DNA of 64,000 nucleotides from the human T2T-CHM13v2.0 reference genome, Homo sapiens, in assembly GCF_009914755.1 (NCBI RefSeq), contig NC_060925.1. One strand, given 5' to 3'. The translations under genes were made by a program, and so were the position numbers. Positions within the stretch are counted from its first letter, which is position 1; each line of letters opens with the position of its first letter. Below the pieces are notes generated by a model. That model made no database searches. It was not told where the DNA came from and was given only the letters and a program-made list of their open reading frames with translations. Positions 1 to 14,449 of this stretch are shown here, piece after piece.

Positions 1-343
1 TTATTTAAAAGTACAATTAAAAATAAGAATGATGACAGATGTGTTCTATTTATGGTTACTTTTCCCACAGGTTTAACACTGGTATGAACAGTAAGTGTAC
101 GAGTTGACCCCGCTTCTACCTGTAATGTATGGAGATTAGCTCTGCGGTGATTTTAGTAATTGTACTGCAGTCCGCGATGCTGGGCCAGCAACACGCTATT
201 TTTGTCGATTCCCAGGCAGGAGATCTAGTTCAAACTCCAGATTTCTTCATAATTAGTTAGACTACCTTAGGCAAGTAATGTCACCTCTCTGAAACTCAGC
301 ATCCTCATCTTCAAAATGAGTCTTTAAGTTCCCCAATAGCTAC

Positions 344-416
344 ACGTTTACCTACGTAACAAACCTGCACATCCTGCACCTGTATCCCAGAACTTAAAAT
401 TAATTTTTAAAAAAAA
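344..416 (+). mobile_element. Very short 5'-truncated L1P 3' end
   Basis: acgtttacctacgtaacaaacctgcacatcctgcac...A-tail, flanked by an 18-bp TSD with 2 mismatches (326-343 / 417-434). Confidence 0.8.
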
Positions 417-756
417 AAGTTCCCTAAGAGCTACTATTTAGTAAATGTTTACTAGGTACCAGAGTAAAAGTCAACATTTTTACAGCAGCCTACAAGGTCT
501 GCTGTAGTCATGATCTGGCCCCCATTTCCTTCTAATCCCCCCTCACTCTGTGCTCTATCAGCGTCCTCTTTGCTGTTCATCAAACACACCAGGCATGTTC
601 CCAGGTGGGAGCCTCTGTACTTGCTGTTCCTCTATTTGGAATGCGCTTCTTTGTATGCCAGTGTAACTCTCCCTTCCTCATCTCCGTCACGCCTTTACTC
701 AGATGTCACCCTCTCAGTGAAGCCTTACCTAGGAACCCTACCTAGAATTCCAACAC

Positions 757-759
<3 letters not shown>

Positions 760-787
<28 letters not shown>
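760..787 (+). repeat. (CA)n microsatellite
   Basis: Direct reading. Confidence 0.95.
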
Positions 788-790
<3 letters not shown>

Positions 791-1984
791 AGCCCATTCT
801 TCTGCTTTATTTCCCTCCTTAGCACAGTCACTAACATGTCATATGTTATATTTATTTAACTCATTTTTATTATCTGCCTTTCCTACTAGAAAGTAAGCTC
901 CATACAGTCAAAGGTTTTGTCTTTGTTCAGTGTTGTAGACTCAGCGCCTAGAACTGTGCTTGGTGTGTAACAAGTACACACTAAGTATTAAATCCTGCAA
1001 ATGTGATTGCATTTTACAGATGAAAACACTGAAGCACAGAGGGATTTAAGTAACTCACCCAGGTCACACAGCTATTAAGTGGCAAAACCAAGATTGAGCC
1101 CCTTCCTTGAGAGCATACAGGTAAAGACTCTCCTGAATCTGGACCACACGGTGCCAAGTGTGTCACTGCCTCTAGTTCTGTCTTTTAGAGCAACATTTTG
1201 CCCACAATCCATCATCTCACCTGATTTATTTTCACGGTCAGTTTTGTTTCAGGTACTGCTAAACGGTATGGCATGTAGCGTGTAGCACAGCTATATACTC
1301 TCAAATGAGAGAGTGTGTTGTCCACTCATATCTTCAGCTTACATCCTGCTACCATCATTCTACCTCTGTTTCAACATTATTTTCATTCATTCAGTATTTA
1401 CAGATCATCTGCTATATGTCTCTGTTCTAATGTAAAAATAATCTTTACTAAACAGGTAATACTACAGACAGTACAAAATTCAAAGAGAGAGAAAGAAAGC
1501 TGTTAGAAGGACACAGCCAGCCCACAGGAAGGAAGTCAAAAAAATAAACACCACAACCTGGCTCCTTCCCTCTCATGTCCACCCACTACTCCCCACTGGA
1601 CAAACCCAACTACCTACCAGATGGCAAGGGAAGCGGTTGATGCAGTTTAGAGAAGTCAACCTCCTAAGGCACAAAGCAGGGTGGAGGAAGGTGAAAAGTG
1701 AATGCAGAGAGGCAAAAAAAAGACACTCAGCACAGGAGCCCTCCTCTCCGTACTATGCAGTCAGAGGACTCTTGAGCAACCGAGCAACCATCTAAAGGAA
1801 GTGAGGACACAGCCCAGCTAAGGTCTGGGAGAAGAATGTGCCAACCAGAGGCAACACATTTAAAGCCCTTGAGAAGGAAACAAGTTTGTCACATTTGCAC
1901 AAGAGGAAGGTCACTGCAGACGAAGCAAGAGGAAAGGGTTAATTCAAGGAGGCAAGCAAAAGCCAGATCATGCATGTCTTTATA

Positions 1985-2165
1985 GGCTGGAGGTTCCCAA
2001 ACTTTGGTGTGGACAGAGGGTCGTTATTAAACACAGATTGCAGGGCTCCACCCCAAGAATTCCAAAATCAATAGATCTGGGTTGGAGACTGAAAATTCTG
2101 CATTTCTAACAAGCCCTCAGGTGATGTTGATACTGCCGGTCTAGAAACCACGTCCTGAGAACCAT
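1985..2165. mobile_element. MER5A-like hAT MITE
   Basis: ggttcccaaactt...acacagattgcagggctccacccc...catttctaacaagccctcaggtgatg...tgagaacca. Confidence 0.7.
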
Positions 2166-2214
2166 CGTCTAAGGCTAGGGCAAGGACTGTGGATTTTAAT
2201 CTAAAAGCCCACTG

Positions 2215-2440
2215 GAGGCAAATCATTAAAGTCAGAAAGTAGATCACTGGGTGTCAGGAGCTGCGGGAAGGGGAAATGGGAAGTGACTGCTAATAGGTAC
2301 AGGGCTACTTTTTGGGGTGATGAAAATATTCTGGAATTAGTGGTGATAGTTACACAACATTGTGAATACATTAAATACCACTGAATTACGTATTTCAAAA
2401 TGATTAGTTTTATGGTATGTGAATTATATCTCAATTTTCA
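2215..2440 (+). mobile_element. L1MB/ME 3' end fragment
   Basis: ggggtgatgaaaatattctggaattag...tatggtatgtgaattatatctcaat. Confidence 0.7.
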
Positions 2441-4359
2441 AAAGTAAGAGGTTACTGGAGGATTTTGAACGGGGTAGCTATTTATGCCCTTAAAAAAAAT
2501 CACTATATGAACAAACTACAGGAGGACTGGCATGAAAGTCCAATTAAGAGGTAAATGCTACACACGGAATGAGATACGATGGTAGCACAGACTGCAAATT
2601 AATAGCAAAGGTGGTGAAAATGGCTGGATTTGGATTATTATTTGAAGATAGAGCCAGTAAGACTCGCTTGGTGGACAGAATGTGGGATTTGAAAGTAGAG
2701 AGAAATTAAGAGTGACTCTGGATCTGCTACCTAAGCACTAGGTACAAAGTGAGGAAGGAGGAACAGGTTGGGAAGGGCCCACAGAATGAGGCCTCTATGT
2801 TAAATATGAGACACCTATGGAACATTCAAACGGAGACATGAAGAGGCCGTCTAATATGCAAGTTTGACTGAGATGAGAAAGCAAGAGATGAGCATGCAGA
2901 GGCATTTAAAGCCTAAGCCTGGATGAGAGCAGCTAGGGCCAGCTAGAGACAGGAAAGAATGCTGAGGACTGTGTCCTAAGCTAACCAAGCAACCTCCAGA
3001 GGTCCCACGGAGGACAAGGATTCAGCAGAGAAGCCTGAGAAAGAGCCACCAAAAAAAGGAAGAAGTCCAGAAGAGTGCGGGACACCAGGAACCAAGCAAA
3101 GAAAGCGTGTGAGGGAGGAAGATGCAAAAGTGTACAATCAGATTTGGCAAGATGGAGGCTGCTGACTGCCTTGACCAGCACTGAGTCATGGGAATAAGGG
3201 CCTGGCTGGAACAGGCTAGAGAACCTGAGGGAAGGAAGCAGAGGCACAGTACAGACAACTAGTTCTTCCAGTGTGTTCTGCCCTAACCCAAGGCAGAGCA
3301 AATGGAGCCATCTAGGGAAGGGAGACACAGGGTAAAAGGAGTGTTTTGTTTTTATCTCAAGGTGAGAGTTTTTACAGACCATTTTAATTGATGGGAATGA
3401 CCTAGTTGAGAGGGAAAATGGTGTTGACAGGAAACTAACTATAGATATAAGTATATCCTCAAGTTATAAAGGTTATTTTTTTCCAATATGTATCAATTCC
3501 CTTTTCCTTCCTTTACTTGGAAGAGGAAAAAAAAAATAAGAAAAATAATCAAAAGAGAGGCTGGTTTCACTAACCTATCATGTTAACATGAGAAAATGCA
3601 GGCAGGCACACATGTTCTTTTTATTGCTACCATCCTTTTATCTTTGTTTTACAAATTTACTGTATTACAAAAAGAATTATTCAAAAAGTAATTGAATTTT
3701 CTGTCTAATAAAAAAATGAATTCACTTCTGTTTCATTTTGGTGAAGCAGTTTTTATCAGCATGTTGAAAATTTTACTTAGAAAAGAAATTTTAGGCTACT
3801 CTATCAACTAAGTCCTTCAGAAAACAATTCTGGCCTAGAATCCACCATTTTTAAAGATAAAAAATAAAACTGTTAAATCTAAGAAGTTTCCTGCATCTGA
3901 TACCAAAATATTTTTGAAGGCAATGAATAAAAAATGAAACATTTTTATTAAAAATATTTCAGTTACACATGTTTTGTTATAAAACAGTGCTCACTGTATC
4001 CTATTATGCATACACATCTACAGGCACAGAAAAAAGCCTGAAACTATATTCACCAAATTAACAGTAGTTATGCCCTGGTGGTGGGATGACTAAGTGAATT
4101 TTTAGGAACTTATCTACGTTTAAATTTTCTAGAATGTACCACGTGCACAATAAAATTGATTTTTTAAGCAATCAATGATGAAAATAACCACATACCATTC
4201 TTATTCATATACATTGTGCCTTCCCTGGATCCTTACCGTGAGATATGGAAGACAAATATCTGTTGAGACTGTTTTTCTTGGGTCACTATCTTGCCTCAAA
4301 TTTAGTCAGGAATGATTAAAAACAAGCAATTAAGAAGCACATCTTAAAAGTCCACTATA

Positions 4360-4733
4360 TTAGAATGGAATATTATTCAGCCATCAAAAGGAATGAGGTA
4401 CTGATACACGCTACCGCACAGATAAACCTTGAAAATATTACGCTAAGTGATAGAAGCCAGACATGAAAGACCACATAGCATATAATTCCATTTATATGAA
4501 ATGTCTAGAATATGCAAATGCATACAGACAAAAAGTTGATAACTGCCAAGAACTGAGGAAGGGGGAATAGGGAGTGACTGATAAAGGTATGGGGTTTCTT
4601 TCTCGGGTGATGAAAATGTTCTGTAATTAGTGGTGATAGCAGCACAACCTTGTGAATATACTAAAAACCACTGAATTGTACATTTTATATGGGTGAATTT
4701 TATGGTATGTGAATATATCACTTTAAAAAAAAA
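4360..4733 (+). mobile_element. L1MB 3' end fragment
   Basis: aatggaatattattcagccatcaaaaggaatgagg...tatggtatgtgaatatatcac followed by an A-tail. Confidence 0.8.
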
Positions 4734-4777
4734 AGAGCCCACCGTATGCTTAGTATGTGAGAGATACAAAAATCTCA

Positions 4778-5043
4778 GGCCGGGCATGGTGGCTCACACC
4801 TATAATCCCAGCACTTTGGCAGGCAGAGGCAGGGGAATCACTTGAGCCCAGGAATTTGAGAGCAGACCATCCGGGGCAACATGGCAAAACCCTGTCTCTA
4901 CAAAAAAACACAAAAAATTAGCCAAGCATGGTAGCGTATACCTATAGTCCAAGCTACCCAGGAAGCTGAGGTGGGAGGGTCACCTGAGTCCAGGAGATCA
5001 CTGCATGCTAGTCTGGGTATCAGAGTGAGACCCTGTCTCAAAA
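4778..5043 (+). mobile_element. AluJ-like, with internal deletion
   Basis: Alu consensus motifs. Confidence 0.85.
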
Positions 5044-5853
5044 GCTATATATATATTTTTATATGTTTAGTACTCTATTACATGAATGAGAATGTGGGTA
5101 AAATGGAAATTCAGAAATGAAAAAGATGATTATGAACTGAGGTAGACGAGGTTTCAACAAACAGGCACAAATTAATAGTAAGCATAAGGAAATAATGTTT
5201 TTAAATTATCTGTCATAACTTTACTTCCAAAATGCCTTCTCCTGACACTATATGTTCTTTAAATACCATATTCTCAAGAATGTAAGATGACTTCATTAGC
5301 TCCTTTCCCATAAGGAACCAAGCAAAATGGGGTTCCCTAGAGTTAAAGCCTCTGGGAAGCTGTTGTGAGAAATCCTACTATTCTCATTGAATCAAATTAT
5401 AAATGTGTTCCTGCCAACTTTTGAGGTAAATTGTTTTCATCATAAAGAGTGCAGCAATAATCAGGTCAAAAAAAAAAAAAAACAGCTGTTACAGATTTAC
5501 CCATACTACAAGGACAGCAAATTGCTGGGACATCTGAAAAGGCTCGTGACATCTTGCTTACTTGGTAACAGAGTACAGTTTTTCTTCCCCAGGTAGAAAA
5601 AGTGCATATTAGATCAGCCCTTCTTGGTGACCACATACACATTAAAATGTTAACTTCCTTTGAACTTAGAAATCAGGAACATCATTTTTTATAGCAGGAA
5701 CACAAAGAGAAGACATTCATCAATAAACAATAAACTCTAAAGCATACTTAAGAGCAGAAGATATAAATGACAGATCCCACAAGACAATACAAATATGAAG
5801 ACATGCAGGGAAATAAATATTAATTAAAACAATGAGGTACCACTTAACAGCTA

Positions 5854-6083
5854 CAGGTTGAGTATCCCCTATCTGAAACGCTTGGGACCAGAAGTGTCTC
5901 GTATTTCAGAATTTTTTCGGATTTTAGAATATATGGATAAGCAGTTGAGCACCCCAATCCAAATATCCAAAATCCAAAATGCACCAATGTGCATTTCCTT
6001 TGAGCATCATGTAGGCACTCAGAAAGTTTTCAATTCTGGAGCATTTCAGATTTCAGATTTTTGGATTAAGGATGCTCAACCTG
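5854..6083. mobile_element. Tigger4a/MER46A-like MITE
   Basis: TIRs CAGGTTGAGTATCC...GGATGCTCAACCTG with TA flanks. Confidence 0.85.
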
Positions 6084-6549
6084 TAGTAAATTGTCTTCAA
6101 TTAAAAGACAAGATCCAACATAGATGAGGTTGTACAAAAGTTATTTACTCAAAGATACGATGGTAGTACTATAAATTATTAAAAATCCTACTTAGAAAGT
6201 AAAATAAATCATGTATCAAAAGCCACAGAATTATGTATATCTCATGACCTTACTCCTGGGAATTTATCCTAAAAAAAAAAAAACTGAAATGAAGAAAAAC
6301 TCTAAATGCCTGAAGATTTTCACTATAGTGTGAGGTCTATATATAGTAAGATGGAAAACTAAATATACAAAAACATGGAAAAGTCTTTAAACAGGGAAAA
6401 AGTTAAGTAAATTAAAATCATTTGCCAGAAGGACTATGTCCAGCCACCAACTCCTGTAAGTATAAATAGAGTGTTAGGAAAATGTTAAGAAAAAGTTATA
6501 AAACAGAACAATACTAAGTGTTTTTAACTTTAAAAATATATGTACCATC

Positions 6550-7148
6550 GGCCGGGCACAGTGGCTCACGCCTGTAATCCCAGAACTTTGGGAGGCCGAG
6601 GCAGGAGGATCACGAGGTCAGGAGATCAAGACCATCTTGGCTAACACGGTGAAACCCGTCTCTACTAAAAATACAAAAAAATTAGCCGGGCATGGTGGCG
6701 GGCGCCTGTAGTCCCAGCTACTCAGGAGGCTGGGGCAGGAGAATGGCATGAACCTGGGAGGCGGAGCTTGCAGTGAGCCGAGATCGCGCCACTGCACTCC
6801 AGCCTGGGAGAGAGAGTGAGACTCTTTCTCAAAAAGCAGGCAGGGTGGCTCCTGCCTGTAATCTCAGTATTTTGGGAGGCTGAGGCGGGAGGATCACTTC
6901 AGGCCAGGAGCTAGAGGCCAGCCTGGGCAACACAGTAAGACCCCATTTCCCCATTTATATTAAAAAAAAAAAAAAAAATAGCTCGGTGTGGTAGCATGTA
7001 CCTGTAGTCCGTCCTAGCTACTGAAGAGGCCGAGGTGGGAGGATCACTTGACCCCAGGAATTCAAGGTTATAGTGAGCTATGATCATGCCACTACACTCC
7101 AGCTTGGGCGACAGAGCAAGACGCTGTCTCCCAAAAAAAAAAAAAAAA
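6550..7148 (+). mobile_element. AluY (6550-6835) abutting an AluJ (6837-7148)
   Basis: Two head-to-tail Alus. The first has AluY diagnostics. Confidence 0.9.
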
Positions 7149-7199
7149 GTAAAAATATGTGTGTCTGTGTGTACACATGCACACACATATGTACCATCT

Positions 7200-7203
7200 A
7201 AAA

Positions 7204-7244
<41 letters not shown>
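7200..7244. repeat. A13-(TA)n microsatellite
   Basis: Direct reading. Confidence 0.95.
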
Positions 7245-7245
<1 letters not shown>

Positions 7246-9939
7246 TGACCTGTATGAAATACACAGAAAATCAGCGACACCAGAGGCAAGTATAGCTATC
7301 ACTTTTAAATTTTTAAAATCTCAACAGTAAAATATTTTTATAATAATGTATAATTTAAAAGTATAGTTAATACAAACTGGGATAAAAGAACATGAAAATA
7401 TTTCATTAAAAATGGTAAATGTGATTACAACTTGTTTCTACCTCCTATAGTCATCTATCTCAAGAGAAGGAAAGTCGAAGGAAAGATAAAAAAAAAAAAA
7501 AAACACTGTGTTAAGTTGTGCCAGGCCACCTACAGGCACACTGCATAGTAATTCATGTCAGTCATATCTAGATGAAGATGTGCCCTTCCAAAAATTCAAA
7601 GTCACAGATAATTTTCATTTAAAAACAATGGGTCATAGATTTATTTTAAGAGTCCTGTGTTTATAGAGCATGTATGTACTGTAACTATGATGTTATGCTA
7701 TCAACATAAGAATGACTCATTTTAAAGAGGAATTATTTCAGATCAAAATCTGAAAGACTTTTCTAAGAGGAAATACAAAAAAAAAACTGATTAGGGCATT
7801 TACAAGATGAGTCAGAGGCTAACATTTATTCATTTGATTCAGAAAATCATGTGAAGTTCTACAGAAAGAAGAAAGGAACCAAGAGTATAAGATGTTCCCT
7901 GTCACCAAAGGGAAATTACGCTCTACAACAGCACCTTCAGAGTTTTCATTTACAAAAACTCAAATCCTTCAAGTTTACCTAAGAGGAAGAAACAGAAAAT
8001 TATGAAATGAACAATCTATAAAAAGAGTGACACAAATCCTCCCCAAATTTTGCAACTCACAAGAAATACCACAGGAATAGCCAGGCGATTATGCTTGTAG
8101 AGAGATTAGGGGAAAATCTGAATGGTTTCTGTGTTTCACAATTCCTCTGCAGAAAGATAAATGTAAAACTATTACTTCAGTTTCTATATTTTGTTGTACC
8201 CCTTATGGAGGCAGGCCCGAAAATATTTCTTGTAAGAGGAGAATGCCACTAGGCTTCCTATAACCCAGTCAAGCAAAAACACCTCTCCCAACACTGTGAT
8301 ACAGAGTGGGGATTAAATTAAGATATAACCAAAGTTTCTTTCAAACTCATACACAGCCATTTAGCCCAACTATGACTTCTAACACTGGGCGGGGTTTAGG
8401 AAGGAGATGCCGACCCTTCCAGTCCTCAAGAGTACTCTGCCTGTCTCTGCACAGACCTGGAGCTCTGCTCCAATGCTCACTCTGCCAGCTGAGTCTGCAC
8501 ACCAAGGGCACTCATGAGCTTGGCTCCCTAATTCAGACATGCTGCACCCTAGCTGTGAGCTAGGCTGCCAGTCTTCTGCAAGAAGTGTGCTGCTCCACTA
8601 CCCCAGCTTGAGCTTGAGCTGTCCTTCCTCGTCTCCCCAATATCTGAGTAGGCAACCCACAGGGGTCTCTGTGGAACCTTCCTCAGGAGCCACAGGGACA
8701 CTACATATTTGAGTCCTTTCCCTCAAAGAGACACTCTCTACCTCCCTGACGATGGGTCCCAACCTTATTAAAGTTATCAGAGAATCACTGCTTACAAAGG
8801 CCTATCATGATTTCTTAGCTGTTTCTCTAGAGTTTACTCTTGGAGCCATTAAACTGCTTTTAAAAATATTCACCAATTACCATAAGTTATGTATACCGAT
8901 GTTCTATTAAGGCTCAATGATATTAAACCTACTTCTACACTAAGTGTACCACTTTATATGATGGCATATTTTTAACATTAACCCATCAGTTCCTATCAGT
9001 TACATCTGAGTTTATTTAAAGCAAAATCATAAAGTCATATTCAAAGGATTTTTTTTACTTCATAAACTATTCCTTTGCTCACTTACAGCAAGTTAGTAGA
9101 ATTCAGAAATCAATAACGTGAAGTCTCAATATCAATTTGAACAATATTCTGTTAAAAATGTTAATCAGGCATGGACTATCCTGACCATCCATTCAATATC
9201 ATCTGGAGCACACAATCATATTCTGAAATAGTCAACATTCTGGAAAAAAATGATAGAGCAAATATGAAGTAGTTACTTTAATTAAGGAAAAAATCATAAA
9301 GTAGCCTGCTGGTCATAGATGTCTGGTAAAAGAACCACTTCATATACATGAATAGGTAACAGGGACCTCTACATAGAAACCTATAGGAGTCATATCCTAT
9401 CAAAGCCAGCCATGCCAAAGAAGCTCCTGGTTCTATGCCTTCCCCTCAATCCTAACTTCTTGCTGACTTCAACAAGAAGTTTCGTTCATTCACCCGTTAG
9501 TACTTACTAAATACCTATTAAGAAAGGACAGTTAAAGCAAAAGGAACACAGTGATGAAAAAGCTTGCCTTCTTTAGGGCAGAGAAGAGAGGCTGGTAGCA
9601 CACAAATGAGCATGGTATATAAAGCGATATGATAAAGAATTATGGAAGTGATGAGGGGAGGATGGCTGATCATGATTAGGAAAGACACCTCAGGGTGAAG
9701 GGGACTTTTGAGCTGAGACTGAAGAAGCCACAGCCACTTGAAACATCTGAAGGAAGACATTTCATCAAAGGCCCAGAGGTGGTAATGAACTTGGACTATT
9801 CCATGACCAGAAAAAAACGCCACATCAGGAATACAGACTTATGCCAATGAGGGCAGGGAGAACAGGGGGTAGCTCAGGCAGGGCCTTGTAGGTCAAGAAT
9901 AAGGAGTACGGACTTTATTGCAAGGGAAAAGTCACTAGA

Positions 9940-10093
9940 GTAGTGATTTACAACATGCAATTCTCAGACAAACAGCATAAGCATCACCTGGGAACTTGTC
10001 AGAAATATAAAGTTCCAGGCCCTGCTCCACATCTCCTGATTCAGAAACCCCAGAGGAGAGGCCCAGTACTCACACTTAAGTTTAAGAACCACT
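9940..10093. mobile_element. MER5A-like MITE
   Basis: agcatcacctgggaacttgtcagaaat...aagtttaagaaccactg. Confidence 0.7.
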
Positions 10094-13000
10094 GCATTAG
10101 AGGGTTTTGAGCAGGGAAGTAACATGAAACTAGGTTTCTGAGTAATTTGCTGCAAATAATGTAGAGTATTAATTTCACTAGCAGATAACAACAGTGTGTA
10201 TTAATCTATGTAGTATATATTAATTATAATACCAGTAGTTAACCCAACAACAATAGCAATACATTATGACACATATACACTGGTATTTATATTTGCATAT
10301 TTTGAATTTCAGGGAATTCCATTTCAATTACAAGAAATATTAAGACCTAAAATTTATTTTAAATTATCTACTCCACAGTTATAGCCTCGAGTCACCAAAT
10401 GAGGAATCTAAAATAGCCACTTTTCCTCACTTCTCTCCCCAGAGTAGCTCACCTGATTCCTACTCTGTCCTGTAGTGTCAATTCATCCCCATCCTTCCAG
10501 AATAACTCAAAGACCATAAAACTTCCTCCAATCCATCCATCCCTACCCACACACTCACCTCCAGCCAGAAGTAAATGTTCTCTTTGCTTCTCTGACAACC
10601 ATTCACACTGTAGTTGTCTGTATCCCTGTCTTATCTGTCCTACTGGTCTATACATTCTTTAGTACACATGTTTTGGTTCTTAAATGCCTCCTCCCTGGTT
10701 TTCCTCCTCCTACATTATAACTCACTCCCCAAAAAACTCTGTCAGATCTCACACAAAGCAAATATGCAATACATGTTTGTTGGACTGAACTGAAACTGTG
10801 ACGCAGGGATTCAAAGTTCCACGAAGAGGAGAAAGTTAACAGGCAACAAGAACATGACAAAGAGGATGTTCACATCCTGAAGCATCAAGAAATGTTTATC
10901 TATAAATGGTATTACTTCACAGTGAATGTTTTCAAAGCCAGACAATGTCTCAAAGAATTCTGCTTTAAGTAAAATTAAGAAACCTTTTCTCTTCTTTCAA
11001 CTATGCCTGAAGCTGAATTTAGATAAGTTTCAAATTCTGAACGTATCCTCTAAAGCAACTCATCTTAGGTTACTCTGCTTCAATATCTGTCATAAACAAT
11101 CAATGTATAAAGCAAAAGAACAAATACATTTAGTTAATTCCTCCCCGGCTCCAACTATTGATAAGTTTAGTGTTGGTGTGCTTCCTTCTAAACTGAGTCT
11201 TGTTTGCCAGGCATTCGTCTTATTTTATGTAAAGGTACTGTTACAGATTTCATTCTGTTTTTTACTTTTACTCACTAAGCACTACATTTTTAAGATCTAT
11301 CCGTGATGATCTAACTACAACCGATCCATTGCTTCTAGTTATTTCCTTCCTACCTCCCACTTTGCTATGGAAGTAGAGGCAAGAACTACACTCACCAAAG
11401 AAAATCCAAAATAAGAATATTCATTCATCCATTAACTCAAACAATATTTATTAAATCCCTACAGTGTGCCAAACACTGTGCTAAGTGCTAGAAACACAAA
11501 GATGAAAAGGCATGCTCCATGTCCTCACAGAGCTTATGGAACAATGAAGAAGCACTGCAAACCACGAAAAGGGTGCAATGTTGAGAAATGAGAACTTCCT
11601 GGTGAAAGTACATTTAAAGCATTTGAAGTCCAGTGAGAACAGAAAAAAAAATCCCCTCCAAGCAGTGGAAGAAGGCTTAACATAAAAGAAGTACTATTAA
11701 GCTAAAACTGTAGGATGAATAAGACAAGCAGGAAGAGGACCATCTAGGGAGAGAAACACTGTGTATAAAGACACAGGAAACTGTGGCATGCCCTCACAAC
11801 TATAGTCCTGGAACTGTTGAAGCACAGAGGTGGGACGCAAGGCAGGACAAAGAAGAGATGGGTCAATTCCCAACCCACAAGCCACGAATGTGCTGCAAAA
11901 ACTTTCAATGCACAAAATTTGTTTTATACACATGCTGTTATGGCAAAGTCCGATGGAGCGGAGCACGTCATGGAGGGCAATATGCAAGAGTGGAGAGCAA
12001 TATGCAACAGAGTACAACTTGCTGTGAGCAAGAGGAAACACAATTCCGAAGGAAGGCCGAATGAACCACGAGGTGACCGGATGCTCTTCTGCACAGCACA
12101 AGGCATTCCCACTACTGTGCCATAGCTGGTGCTATGTTTTAATAACTGACTTGGTGTTTTGAGTTTTTCAATCATTTCCATTATGCAGCTAAAAATTCTG
12201 AAATGGAAATGTATCAATGACACAAAAAGGCTGAAATCCACTGGGCTACACAATAAAGAAACTTTCTATCTCACTAAAGAGTTTATATATTTTATGCTGT
12301 AAGGAACAGAGGTCAGACTTGAAGAATTCTGGAGAGGGAAGAGACACATTGCTGTTTCAGAAAGACCACCAGGGAAGCAGTGTGTTAAATGGCCTGATGG
12401 GGCAGAGAACAGAAAAGGTAAGAAAATAGATAAGGAGAGCATTACAACAGTCCAGGCAGGAGAGGGGTGAGGCCAAACAGGTGCCCCAGGAAATGGAGAA
12501 GAGGGATCTGTGTGCCCTGGTGACTCAACAGCTCCAGGAGAAGACAGAAGAGAGGAAAAGCAGCAGGATGAAAGCCCAGGTCCGTGGCTACTAAAAGCAA
12601 CAAGCAAAACCTACCAGAGAAAGATCCTATCTACCTTTAAAATAAATGCATTATCCAAAATAGATACCCCCCAAACTTTTCAGGAAATTAACAAAATTTT
12701 TGAAAATTACCTACATATCACAAACTAAGCAGTTATTATCTAGATTTTGTTGTGATGCAGAAAACACTGCCACAAAGAGACCGTTCTAGAATTAAAGTTA
12801 ACTCAGACTTGATTTTCCTAGGTCACTCGCTACTTTGTGTCAGGAAAATGAAGATACTATTGTTTTAAAATTAAAAAAAAAAGGGGGGGGGCGGGGGGTC
12901 AAGGAACTTTTAGGTTGAAGCATCAGAAGCTTCCAGAGCACTCTGGTCATGTGGTCAAAAGTAAAGCTGTCCTAAAGCATTTTAAGACAGACTATGGCTT

Positions 13001-14370
13001 CCTTGAGAAACCTGATACACCCTACTCAGTTGAAAAGAAACATGGTGACAGAAGGCTTTTTCTCAAGCCTAAATTTAAACTGCTCTGTGTAGCTGTCAGA
13101 GCTCTGTGGTGATATAAAAAGTATGGTTTCTCTTTAGCCCCATAGGAAGGAGCTTGTGGATACAGGAGTGATCTTCCACCATTCCTGTCTGGTCTTACTT
13201 CCAACCCCGGGTAAGTGCTACTGTTTCTCCTCTCACCCCTGGGGCTTCTGAGGGTCACTAAAACAATTTATTAGAGCAAGTGACAAACTCTTGAGTGCCT
13301 TCACAACCAATTCTGTCAGCTGGGCCTTAGGTGTGGTAAAAAATAAAAAATAAATAAAATTAAAACCCTTTAATTTATTTTTGGCAGCTTTCTGTAGACT
13401 TTCCTACTCTTCCCACCTTGCCCAAGTCTTACACTCTGGCACCTCTAAGGTCCACTGTCCACACAGCAACAGAGTGAGCTTTCCTAATCAATCAGGTTGT
13501 CACTTTTGCTAACTAAACCTCTTCTGTGGCTCCCACGTCCCTTCCCATGCCACCTCCACCCTTCCCTCTGGCCCGCGAAAACCTATATGCTGACAGGTCT
13601 TTTGCTTCGGCTCTTGTCACTCTGCCCTCTGCCCACGAAGCCCTGCCCCGCCCCCGCCGCCCCTCTCCCCTTGCCCCAGCCTCCAGTGCTTCCTCCCGGC
13701 CTCTGCACCAGTCCCTAGGAATCGTGCCCACTTGAAATGCTCCACCTGCAAATCTTCACAGGACCAGCTCCTTCTTGTCATTCAGGTCTCAGCTGAAATG
13801 TCACTTCCTGACCATCCAATCTAAAGTAGCCATCGCAGTCACATTACCCTTCTTAAATCCCATTTAACTCTCATGTTTTTCTTTTTTGTTTATTTTCTCT
13901 CTCTCCCACCCAAATCTCCCATTAAGCACTATGAAAGAAAGCTAAGCTCCCTGAAAACTTCCTTTCCTGTCTCCATGGCATTTACAACAGTGCCTGGAAT
14001 ACAGAAGATGTTAACTAAATATTTGTTGAGCAGATGTTATCCCCAAAAGGCCATCCAAAAACAATTAAATGGTTAATGAGGGAGAATGAAAAGCAATGAT
14101 TTAATGTGATTTCATTCAAAATCAGCCCCTAATCTATTTCCAACAAAGGTATCTGACTACATTGAATTACTGCTCCCTACTACACGGGCAGCCCTGAAGC
14201 TGCAAGTGGAGACACTCACTCCACTCCCATCTGGACACTTCAAAGTCACTGCTGCACCATTCGAGCAACTGGAAATGGCTGAATGTCACTGGTCATCTCA
14301 CAGCAGACATTCTATGCGTCCCTGTCCTCCACTTCTCCCAACATGCCTATCCTACTCTGCTCCTTTCCTA

Positions 14371-14449
14371 TTAGGGTGATCCAAAAGTAATTGTGGTTTT
14401 GCCATCAAAGGTGATGGTAAGAACCGCAATTACTTTTGCACCAACCTAA
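14371..14449. mobile_element. MADE1 (Hsmar1-derived palindromic MITE)
   Basis: TTAGGGTGATCCAAAAGTAATTGTGG...CCGCAATTACTTTTGCACCAACCTAA with TA flanks. Matches the 80-bp MADE1 consensus. Confidence 0.92.

Noticed and set aside
60-96. Plus-strand 20-nt micro-exon pattern (TTTCCCACAG|...|GTAAGT)
   Set aside because: Antisense to TP53BP2, with no supporting transcript context; plausible by chance.
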